Positions 17,998 to 25,784 of a DNA stretch of 62,675 nucleotides are shown here, in pieces (position 1 is the first letter of the stretch; the number at the start of each line of letters is the position of its first letter). The stretch is from Candidatus Eiseniibacteriota bacterium. GTDB taxonomy: Bacteria > Eisenbacteria > RBG-16-71-46 > DASYSL01. The notes below the pieces were generated by a model. It saw nothing but the letters and a program-made list of their open reading frames with translations. It was not told the origin of the DNA and searched no databases. The stretch spans positions 1 to 62,675 of the forward strand of contig JANOEH010000170.1 of NCBI GenBank assembly GCA_031413115.1, in the 5' to 3' direction. Both the position numbers and the translations under genes were made by a program.

Positions 17998-18753
17998 CTA
18001 GTTGCGGTAGCCGGCCTTGATCTTGCCCCAGGTGCTGTTCACGGCCGGCGTCGGAATGTCCGAACCCTCGACCGTGATGTTGTCGATGCCGATCCACTCG
18101 TCGTTGCTGACCGCGTTCGACGTGATGATGCGCAGCTGCAGCGTCGCGGCGCCATTGGCGGCGGCCGGAAGCGGAACGAACACCGCCGTGACGGCCGGGA
18201 CCGCCAGCGGGCCGGTCGACGCGTCGGCGACGAAGGCCGCCGGAACGTTCGTCCAGGCACCGACGCTCGTGCGGAACTGCAGGGCGACCGGCTGGATCGA
18301 ATCGTCGGTGCTGTTGGTGCCCTCGAGGTCGCGCAGCGTGTAGCCGACGAGGATGTTCTGCTTGCCCGTGGCATTGATGTGGACGATCAGGTACGGCGCA
18401 TCGGCCGTGCCCGACCCGGTCAGCGCGACAACGGGGTCGGCGAGCTCGAACTCCGTGGCGCCGCCCGAGAAGAACGCGAGCGGATCCGGCTTGTTCGCGT
18501 TGATGTCGTTGACGCCCGGGCTGTCGTCCGCGAGCAGCGTCTGGGGGTCGACACCTTGGGCCGCGGTGACGTTGTCGCCACGAAAGCCGAGGACGCCCGG
18601 CACGGTCGCCCAGTTGTCGTCGAGGGAGATCAGGGCGATGTTCGTCCAGTTGTTGATGTACGGAAGGGTCTGATAGGCATTGTCGGCCACCGACGCCTGG
18701 GCAATGAAGCCCGTGGCGGCGACGGCGAAGAGCGCGATCGCATTCTTCTTCAT
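17998..18753 (-). CDS. secreted hypothetical protein ending in the TWGKIKAGYRN tag
   Basis: The ATG at 18753 (cat at 18751-18753) is preceded by GGAG and gives 251 aa. The signal peptide is MKKNAIALFAVAATGFIAQASVA. The C-terminus is ...DIPTPAVNSTWGKIKAGYRN. Confidence 0.7.
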   Translation of the reverse strand: MKKNAIALFAVAATGFIAQASVADNAYQTLPYINNWTNIALISLDDNWATVPGVLGFRGDNVTAAQGVDPQTLLADDSPGVNDINANKPDPLAFFSGGATEFELADPVVALTGSGTADAPYLIVHINATGKQNILVGYTLRDLEGTNSTDDSIQPVALQFRTSVGAWTNVPAAFVADASTGPLAVPAVTAVFVPLPAAANGAATLQLRIITSNAVSNDEWIGIDNITVEGSDIPTPAVNSTWGKIKAGYRN

Positions 18754-18977
18754 GTCGGGAGATCTCCTGTGCGAGGTCGTGGTGCCATCGAAGTCACAAT
18801 GCGTTCCCGGCACCCGCGGAGCGCGGACCGGCAACGGATTTGGATGTTGGCTTCGGAAAGCGATGAGAATATGGGCCTTAACTCGTGGAATTGCAAGCAG
18901 AAACGCGCTTTTGCGCCTCCCGGATCCTGGGCCAACCAGTCCCCGGGCCAACCTCCTGTCCGGACAGGGCTTCCGGC

Positions 18978-21374
18978 GTGATCCCTGGACCCCTCGGCGC
19001 CCGGGATGGCGCATTCACCCTGGGCGGGCGACGGCAGTTCCTCTACGACGGGGAGCTCCACTACTTCCGCGTCCGCCCCGAGCTGTGGCGGCCGGGCCTC
19101 GAGCGCCTGAAGGCCGCCGGCATGAACGCGGTCTCGACCTACGTGCCCTGGGTCTGGCACGAACCGGAGGAGGGCCGGTTCGACTTCACCGGCGCCACGC
19201 GCCCCGGCCGGGACCTCGCTGGCTTCCTCGGCCAGGCGAGGGAAGTCGGCCTCGCGGTCATGGCCCGCCCGGGCCCGCTCATCTACGCCGAGTTCGACGG
19301 GCTGGGGATTCCGCTGTGGCTCGGCGATCGCTACCCCGACACGGTGGTCGTGCGGCGCGACGGGCGGCGCGACCGCGGCGAGTTCTACTGGAATCACAGC
19401 CTCGGGCACCCGCTGTACCGCGCGCGCGCGCACGCCTGGTACGCGGCGCTGGCCACGTTTCTCGCGCCGTGGTGGAACGATCCGGTCGTGTCGTGGCAGC
19501 TCGACAACGAGACCGGCCTCCTGTTCGCCAACCGCGTCGGCCAGATCGACTTCAACGTCGACACGATCCGCCGCTTCCGCGCCTGGCTCGAGGCCCGCTA
19601 CGGCACGATCGACGCGCTCTCGGTCGTGTGGGGGGTGCGCTTCGGAGGCTTCGAGGAGATCCTGCCACCCCGGCCGCCGCTGGCGCAGCCGCAGATCTCG
19701 GATTGGCAGACGTTCCTCGAGGCGTGGATCGACGACTACCTGCGCTTCCTCGCCACGACCGCGCGCGAGCTCGGCGTGCCGGTGCCGCTGACGCACAACG
19801 AGCAGGGCATCCAGCACAGCCCGCTGCATGGCGACGATGCCGCGGCGAAGATCGACTTCGTCGGCTACGACATCTATCCGAAGGCCTCGTCCGGCGCGTT
19901 CACCGCCGACTTTCCGTTCGCCAGCTCGCTCTACCCGGGCATCTTCTCGGCCTACCGCAGCCCCGATCGCCCGACCATCGCGTTCGAGCTGGGCATTGGC
20001 TGGTTCGATCCGCGCGCCAAGGTGTCGGATGCGGCCGTGGTGCAAAACGTGTTCGGTTCACTCGCCCACGGCGCGCGCGGCATCTGCCTGTTCACCACGC
20101 ACGACGGGCGCGAGCCGAGCGGCGAGCCCTACGAGTTCGGCGCACCCCTCGACGAGTTCGGGCGGCCCACCGCACGCTACCGCGTGCTGTCGGGCGTCGG
20201 CGCGTTCCTCGAGCGCTGGGGCGACGAGCTGCTCGACATGGAGGAGATCCACGACCCGGTCGGCTTCGGCATCTACTTCCCGAACTTCCGCTACGCCGCG
20301 GGCGACTACTTCCGCGGCACCGAGCAGGTCGATCCGCACCGCTACCTCCAGTTCCTGTCGCAGGGCGGCGTGCATGCACTCCTGCTCTGCGCCGGGATCA
20401 ACCCGCGCGTCGTCGACCTGTCGGAACTGCTCGCGCGACCGCTGGCCGACCTGCAGGTGCTGTTCCTGACCACGAAGGGAATGCTCGACACGGAGACGTA
20501 CGCGAAGCTCGAGGGTTACGTCGCCGGCGGCGGTCACCTGGTGAGCACACCCGGACCGCCCGACAGCGACCTCGCCGGCCGGCCCGCGCACTACCGCGCG
20601 TTGTTCCCGCTCACGCCGCAGGCCGAACGACGACTCGACGTCGTGCGCACGTGGTGGACGTTGCTCGCCGGCGTCGTCCCCTACCTGCTGTTCGAACGGC
20701 CGTGGCTGTCGGATCGCCACCGCTCGTCGGCACACATCATGGACCTGTTCGAGCCGCTGCTCGATGCGCTGCGCACGCCCGTCGAGGGGCGCTCGCTGGT
20801 CGTGCATCCGTGGGTCGCGCGGCCGGACGGAACACCGGCACTGGTGCTGCCCGATGCGAACCCGCCCTCGATCCGCGGCGACTACGTGGTCCGCACATTT
20901 GCGACGCCGACCGACCCGGAGAGTGGCATCCGCCCCGGGCCGCTGTGGGATGGTGATCGCCCCGCCGCCTACGAGGTGAGCCACGGCTGGGGCACCAGCA
21001 CCGTGCTCGGCACGCAGCCGGCCGGGCGCTACCTCACCCCGCGCTACTACACGACGCCGCATCGCGACCGCCGTGCGCTGCGCCAGTTCGCGCGCGGCAT
21101 GCTGGCCGCCCGCGGCGTCGAGCCGTACGTCCACTCCGACGTCGAGGCCGAGATCGTGGGGCACGCCGGCGACGACGGCGGCATGCTGTTCGTGCTCAAC
21201 CGTCTAGGCCGGCAGACCGGCGACGTGCGCCTCACCGATCCCGTGCTGTTCGGCTACACGGGTCGGCTCGAAATCGCCTTCACGTTCGCCGGCTCGCGCG
21301 CCCGCGCGGTCAACGCGCGGACGCTCCACCTCGAGCTCGCCCCCGACGACGTGCTGGTCCTCCGCCTGCGCTGA
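18978..21374 (+). CDS. glycoside hydrolase family 35-like beta-galactosidase
   Basis: FTLGGRRQFLYDGELHYFRVRPELWRPGLERLKAAGMNAVSTYVPWVWHEPEEGRFDFTG...ARPGPLIYAEFDGLGIPLWL follows the GH35 N-terminal TIM-barrel pattern. The start is taken at the GTG at 18978 inside track ORF 18885..21374. No signal peptide is evident. Confidence 0.75.
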   Translation: MIPGPLGARDGAFTLGGRRQFLYDGELHYFRVRPELWRPGLERLKAAGMNAVSTYVPWVWHEPEEGRFDFTGATRPGRDLAGFLGQAREVGLAVMARPGPLIYAEFDGLGIPLWLGDRYPDTVVVRRDGRRDRGEFYWNHSLGHPLYRARAHAWYAALATFLAPWWNDPVVSWQLDNETGLLFANRVGQIDFNVDTIRRFRAWLEARYGTIDALSVVWGVRFGGFEEILPPRPPLAQPQISDWQTFLEAWIDDYLRFLATTARELGVPVPLTHNEQGIQHSPLHGDDAAAKIDFVGYDIYPKASSGAFTADFPFASSLYPGIFSAYRSPDRPTIAFELGIGWFDPRAKVSDAAVVQNVFGSLAHGARGICLFTTHDGREPSGEPYEFGAPLDEFGRPTARYRVLSGVGAFLERWGDELLDMEEIHDPVGFGIYFPNFRYAAGDYFRGTEQVDPHRYLQFLSQGGVHALLLCAGINPRVVDLSELLARPLADLQVLFLTTKGMLDTETYAKLEGYVAGGGHLVSTPGPPDSDLAGRPAHYRALFPLTPQAERRLDVVRTWWTLLAGVVPYLLFERPWLSDRHRSSAHIMDLFEPLLDALRTPVEGRSLVVHPWVARPDGTPALVLPDANPPSIRGDYVVRTFATPTDPESGIRPGPLWDGDRPAAYEVSHGWGTSTVLGTQPAGRYLTPRYYTTPHRDRRALRQFARGMLAARGVEPYVHSDVEAEIVGHAGDDGGMLFVLNRLGRQTGDVRLTDPVLFGYTGRLEIAFTFAGSRARAVNARTLHLELAPDDVLVLRLR

Positions 21375-21397
21375 GTCCTGGCCACCGCACAAGCACA

Positions 21398-21437
21398 ACG
21401 CCGGCCGATCCTTGCGGACCGACCGGCGTCGTCTTTT
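21398..21437 (+). terminator. intrinsic terminator candidate after the beta-galactosidase gene
   Basis: A 14-bp stem, acgccggccgatcc / ggaccgaccggcgt (12 of 14 paired), has a ttgc loop and is followed by cgtcttttc. It lies 24 nt after the stop at 21374. Confidence 0.4.
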
Positions 21438-21474
21438 CAGGACGTGCGTTCGTCACGCACGTCGAGTGGTTCGC

Positions 21475-21645
21475 CTACTGCGAGCAGTCCATGCCGCAGG
21501 GGCACGCGTCGCACGACGGGCACGACGGCATGTCGCACGATGCGGCCGACATGGTCGCGTTCGCCTCGGTCGCAGTCGCCGGGGCGAGGGCCACCGGCGC
21601 GCTCAGCAGGGTGCCCGCGAGGGCAAGACTTCCGATCAGGTTCAT
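21475..21645 (-). CDS. small secreted cysteine-rich peptide (56 aa, six Cys in the last 20 residues)
   Basis: The ATG at 21645 is preceded by GGGAGA. Translation: MNLIGSLALAGTLLSAPVALA / PATATEANATMSAASCDMPSCPSCDACPCGMDCSQ. GC3 is high, which is consistent with coding. It is the inner part of track ORF 21475..21768. Confidence 0.5.
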   Translation of the reverse strand: MNLIGSLALAGTLLSAPVALAPATATEANATMSAASCDMPSCPSCDACPCGMDCSQ

Positions 21646-21805
21646 GAGGTTCTCCCGGGGCGGCGGACGGTTGGCCCGTTCCGGCGCCCGAGTGGAGTCC
21701 GGATTCTTCACGCGTGATCCGAGTGCACATGCCGGCCCCGTCCACGGGGGCGGCAAGCCGCATCGCACGCGCGCAGCCTATCTTGCGGAGGCGAGCCGCG
21801 CCCGC

Positions 21806-22363
21806 TCAGATCAGCAGCGCGCGATCGTGCAGCCAGAGCGGCGATGCAAGGTGCGGCCGGGTGACCGAAGTCGCCGGCGATCGAGCCAGTCGTGCGGCGA
21901 CGAACGCCGCGTGCGGATCGAAGTCGGCGGCCACGAACGCGGCGCCGGGAAGCAGTTCACTCGCACCGACCGTCGCGTGGCGCGCATCGGCCGAGGCCGC
22001 GGAGACGACGGTCCGCTCGACCAGGGCCGGCGGCGGCGAGGCGAACAGCGGGCAAGGCCTTTCGGGCGAGCACGGAAGCGCGCAGCCCGACGGCGCAGCG
22101 GCGGTCGCGCCCTCACGCGCAGCGCAGGCGCCGCACGAAGGCGCAACAGCGACGGCGACCGGCCCCTCGACTGTGAACGCGCCCCACGGACACAGGCTCC
22201 GGCATGCGGCGGACCCGGCCTCGCGCAGGGATGCGGCGAGGGCGAGGACGACGAGCAGCGCGCGGATGGCGTGGGTCCGATCGGGTCGCACGAGGGAAAG
22301 TCTAGACCCGCCCACCGGGGCCGTCCAGCCCCCGGACACAAACCTTTCAGGGTCCCGGCCCAC
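21806..22363 (-). CDS. hypothetical Cys-containing protein with a probable signal/anchor segment
   Basis: 185 aa with high GC3 in this frame, whereas the neighbouring frame 21811..22365 is Arg-rich junk. The hydrophobic stretch is IRALLVVLALAASL. There are eight Cys residues (CRSLCPWG, SCGAC, GCALPCSPERPC). The start is uncertain (22363, or a GTG near 22291). Confidence 0.45.
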   Translation of the reverse strand: MGRDPERFVSGGWTAPVGGSRLSLVRPDRTHAIRALLVVLALAASLREAGSAACRSLCPWGAFTVEGPVAVAVAPSCGACAAREGATAAAPSGCALPCSPERPCPLFASPPPALVERTVVSAASADARHATVGASELLPGAAFVAADFDPHAAFVAARLARSPATSVTRPHLASPLWLHDRALLI

Positions 22364-22368
22364 AACGA

Positions 22369-24840
22369 CTAGGGCGCCCCGACCCGCCAGATTCTCTCCC
22401 GATACTCGCGGATCGAGCGATCCGACGAGAATCGCCCGCTCCGGGCGGTATTGAGGATCGACATCGTCGTCCAGCGCTCGACGTCGGCGTAGGCCCGGAG
22501 GACCTCGCCCTGCATGTCCACGTAGGCGCGATAGTCGGCGAGCAGCAGGAAGTCGTCGCGCGTCAGCAGGTGATCGACGAGCGGCCGGAACACCTCGCGA
22601 TCGCCGTCGGAGAACTCGCCGTTGGCGATCGCGTCGATCGCCTCGCGCAGTTCGGCGTCCCCGTCATAGTGACGGCGCGGCTCGTAGCCGCGTGACTTGA
22701 CCGCCGCGACCTCGTCGGTCGTCAGGCCGAAGAGGAAGAAATTGTCGGCCCCCACCGCCTCGCGAATCTCGACGTTTGCGCCGTCGAGCGTGCCGATCGT
22801 CAGCGCACCGTTGAGCGCGAACTTCATGTTGCCGGTTCCCGACGCCTCCTTGCCCGCCGTCGAGATCTGCTCGGACAGGTCCCCTGCCGGGTACAGCTTC
22901 TGCGCCACCGTCACGTTGAAGTTGGGGACGAACGCGACCTTGAGCCACGGCGCGACTTCCGGATCGTCGTTGACCGTGCGCGCCACGCCATGCAGCAACC
23001 GGATGACGAGCTTCGCCATGTAGTAGCCTGGCGCAGCCTTGCCCGAGACGATCACGGTGCGCGGCGGCAGGTCACGGCCCTGGCCGCGCTTGAGCCGGCG
23101 CGCCTGCGTGATCACGTGCAGCGCGTTCAGGTGCTGGCGCTTGTACTCATGGAAGCGCTTGCACTGGATGTCGAACAGGGACGAGGGATCGAGCGTGAGC
23201 CCCATCGTCGACTGCACGTATTCCGCCAGGCGCTCCTTGTTGCGGCGTTTGATCGCCCGCCACTCGCCCCGCAACGCCGCATCGCCCACGGAAGCCTCGA
23301 GGCGCGGCAGCGCGGTCTCGATGTCGGACAACCAGCCGTCGCCCAGCGTGCGCGTCAGCAGCGCGGTCAGGTCGGGATCCGCGAGTGCCAGGAACCGGCG
23401 CGGGGTGACGCCGTTGGTCACGCTGGTGAACCTGTCGGGCCACAGCTCGAAGAAGTCGCGCAGCACGTCGCGCTCGAGCAGTTCGGTATGCAGGCGCGCC
23501 ACGCCGTTGATCGCGTGGCTGCCCGCGCTGGCCAGGTGGGCCATGCGCACGTGGCCCTCGCCGTCGTGGTCGACGATCGCCATCCGTTCGGCGCGAGCGC
23601 CGTCGCCCGGAAATCGCGCCGCGATCTCGGCGCGCAGGCGACGGTCGATGTCGGTGATCAGCTCGAGATGCCGGGGCAGGACGGAGCGGAACAGCGGCAG
23701 CGGCCAGCGCTCGAGCGCCTCGGGCATCAGCGTGTGATTGGTGTAGGCGAAAGTTCGGCGCACCAGGTCCCAGGCGCGATCGGGCTCGACGTCGTGCACG
23801 TCGATCAGCAGCCGGAAGAGCTCGGCGACCGCGATCGACGGATGCGTGTCGTTGAGCTGCACCGCGAACTTGTCGGGGAAGGATTCGAGCGGCCGGCCGA
23901 GCGACAGGTGGTAGCGCAGCATGTCGGCGAGCGAGCAGGCGACGAAGAAGTACTGTTGCTCGAGGCGCAGCTGTTTGCCGCGCGCGACGTCGTCGTTCGG
24001 ATACAGCACCTTGCTGATCGTCTCGGAGGTGATCGCCTGGTCGACGGCGCCGACGTAATCGCCGCGGTTGAACGTCTGGAAGTCGAACGACTCGCGCGCT
24101 TCGGCTTTCCACAGGCGCAACATGTTCGCCCGCTCCACCCGGTAGCCCGAGATGAGCGTGTCGTAGGGAATGCCCGTGATCACGTGGTCCGGGATCCAGC
24201 GCACGCGCGGCAGGCCGCGATCGTCGATCCACGCCTCGGTGCGCCCGCCGAGCGAAACCTCGACGCCGGCCTCGGGCCGCTCGACCTCCCAGGGATTGCC
24301 GCCGTGCAGCCAGCGATCGGCCACCTCGCGCTGCTCGCCGTCCTCGATCACCTGGTCGAAGATGCCGTACTCGTAGCGGATGCCGTAGCCGATCGCGGGC
24401 ACCTGCAGCGTCGACAGGGAATCCATGAAGCACGCCGCCAGCCGCCCGAGCCCGCCGTGGCCGAGCCCGGGCTCCTCCTCCTCGGCCGCGATGCGGTCGA
24501 AGTCGAGGTCGAGCTCCGCGACCGCGGCGCGCATGGGCTCGAGCAGGTCGAGGTTGATCAGGTGATTCTCGAGGTGCGAGCCGGTGAGGAACTCGGCCGA
24601 CATGTAGGCCACGACGCGCACGTCGTCGCGCGGCACCTCGCGAATGGTCTTGAGCCAGCGATCGAGCAGGCGGTCGCGCACCGTGTAGGCGACGGCCATG
24701 TACCAGTCGTGCGTCGAGGCTCCCTCCGGGGAGTGGGCCTGGCGGCGGATCAGGTTGTCGATGATGGCCCGCGCCAGCGCGGAATCGGGGGGCGATGCCG
24801 GCCCGGCGGAGCGGGCGGCGTTCGAGCGGAGCATTTCCAT
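22369..24840 (-). CDS. glgP: glycogen/alpha-glucan phosphorylase
   Basis: The ATG at 24840 (MEMLRSN) lies inside track ORF 22369..25125 and gives 823 aa. The PLP-lysine region EASGTGNMKFALNGALTIGTLDGANVEI is present, and phosphorylase blocks run throughout. Confidence 0.95.
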   Translation of the reverse strand: MEMLRSNAARSAGPASPPDSALARAIIDNLIRRQAHSPEGASTHDWYMAVAYTVRDRLLDRWLKTIREVPRDDVRVVAYMSAEFLTGSHLENHLINLDLLEPMRAAVAELDLDFDRIAAEEEEPGLGHGGLGRLAACFMDSLSTLQVPAIGYGIRYEYGIFDQVIEDGEQREVADRWLHGGNPWEVERPEAGVEVSLGGRTEAWIDDRGLPRVRWIPDHVITGIPYDTLISGYRVERANMLRLWKAEARESFDFQTFNRGDYVGAVDQAITSETISKVLYPNDDVARGKQLRLEQQYFFVACSLADMLRYHLSLGRPLESFPDKFAVQLNDTHPSIAVAELFRLLIDVHDVEPDRAWDLVRRTFAYTNHTLMPEALERWPLPLFRSVLPRHLELITDIDRRLRAEIAARFPGDGARAERMAIVDHDGEGHVRMAHLASAGSHAINGVARLHTELLERDVLRDFFELWPDRFTSVTNGVTPRRFLALADPDLTALLTRTLGDGWLSDIETALPRLEASVGDAALRGEWRAIKRRNKERLAEYVQSTMGLTLDPSSLFDIQCKRFHEYKRQHLNALHVITQARRLKRGQGRDLPPRTVIVSGKAAPGYYMAKLVIRLLHGVARTVNDDPEVAPWLKVAFVPNFNVTVAQKLYPAGDLSEQISTAGKEASGTGNMKFALNGALTIGTLDGANVEIREAVGADNFFLFGLTTDEVAAVKSRGYEPRRHYDGDAELREAIDAIANGEFSDGDREVFRPLVDHLLTRDDFLLLADYRAYVDMQGEVLRAYADVERWTTMSILNTARSGRFSSDRSIREYRERIWRVGAP

Positions 24841-24941
24841 GGAGCGGAATGTACACGATGCAGGGGAATTGCGCCTCGTGTACCCGGGGAATACAGTCGG
24901 GCGACGGCCGCGGACGCGGGGTCGCGAGAAAGGGAGGACCC

Positions 24942-25379
24942 ATGGGTTCCATCGCCGAACGGGTCGCACGGGCGCGAGCGGGCACGAACGAATCGGTCGT
25001 CTGCAGCGTACCCTCGGGCTGGGTCGTGATGGGCGACGTCCAATTCCTCCCCGGCTACTGCATCCTCCTGCCCGACCCGGTCGTCCCCAGCCTGAACGAT
25101 CTGGTGGAGCCCGCGCGCACGGCATACCTGCGTGACCTGGCCCGCGTGGGTGATGCGGTGCTCGCCGTGACCGGCGCGCTGCGCATCAACTACGAGATCC
25201 TGGGCAACGTCGATCCCGAGCTGCATGCGCACGTGTTCCCGCGCTTCGCGCACGAGCCCGACGAACGGCGTCGGGCGCCGGTGTGGTTCTACGACTGGGC
25301 GAGCGCGCCGAAGTTCTCCGTCGCCGAGCACGGGCTCCTGCGCGATGCGTTGCGTTCGGCACTCGTGGAGACGCCATGA
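24942..25379 (+). CDS. HIT-like (histidine-triad superfamily) protein with the variant motif LHAHVFPR
   Basis: The ATG at 24942 is preceded by GGGAGG and gives 145 aa. GWVVMGDVQFLPGYCILLPDP and NYEILGNVDPELHAHVFPR fit a HIT-like fold, but the triad is degenerate. Confidence 0.6.
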   Translation: MGSIAERVARARAGTNESVVCSVPSGWVVMGDVQFLPGYCILLPDPVVPSLNDLVEPARTAYLRDLARVGDAVLAVTGALRINYEILGNVDPELHAHVFPRFAHEPDERRRAPVWFYDWASAPKFSVAEHGLLRDALRSALVETP

Positions 25380-25771
25380 TCTCGTCACGCATCACGCACG
25401 CGAGCGCGCTCATCCTCTTCGTCGGCGGGCTCCTGATGCTCTTCGCGCCCGACGTCGTCCTCGGGCGCCTGGTCCCCGGGTTTCCGCCGGGGGCCGCGTG
25501 GATCGGCTCCTTGCTCGGCGCGGCGTGGCTGGGCATGGCGGCCCTGAACTGGTCGCACCGGACGACGCTGCTCGGCGGGATCTACGGCCGCCCCGTCGTC
25601 TACCCGAACTTCGTGCTCTTCCTCGTGAGTGCGCTGGTCCTGATCCGCGTCGTCCTGCGACCCGGCATGCCGCCCGTGATCTGGCTCCTCGCCGGGCCCG
25701 TGTTCGCGCTCGCGATCGTGTACGCGATGCTGCTGTTCCGGGGGCCGTTCGATCCGCTGGACCGCGCGTAG
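25376..25771 (+). CDS. small integral membrane protein (about 4 TM), unknown function
   Basis: The ATG at 25376 overlaps the previous stop (ATGA) and gives 131 aa. Hydrophobic segments include ALILFVGGLLMLFAP, WIGSLLGAAWLGMAAL, NFVLFLVSALVLIRVVL and IWLLAGPVFALAIVYAMLLF. Confidence 0.6.
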   Translation: MISSRITHASALILFVGGLLMLFAPDVVLGRLVPGFPPGAAWIGSLLGAAWLGMAALNWSHRTTLLGGIYGRPVVYPNFVLFLVSALVLIRVVLRPGMPPVIWLLAGPVFALAIVYAMLLFRGPFDPLDRA

Positions 25772-25784
25772 CCGGCGAATCGGC

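Noticed and set aside
21441-21463. A perfect 9-bp hairpin, gacgtgcgt-tcgtc-acgcacgtc, considered as a terminator for the Cys-rich peptide gene.
   Set aside because: On the minus strand no U-tract follows it (cugaaaag). It may contribute to a bidirectional terminator region with 21398-21437, but it is not convincing on its own.
24841-25125. N-terminal extensions offered by the ORF track, for example glgP to 25125, sppA from 7732, ABC-F from 10720, helicase to 15007, trxB to 61661 and ETF-QO to 60990.
   Set aside because: The extensions are Arg/Pro-rich, overlap neighbouring genes or the repeat element, and precede well-placed internal starts where family conservation begins.
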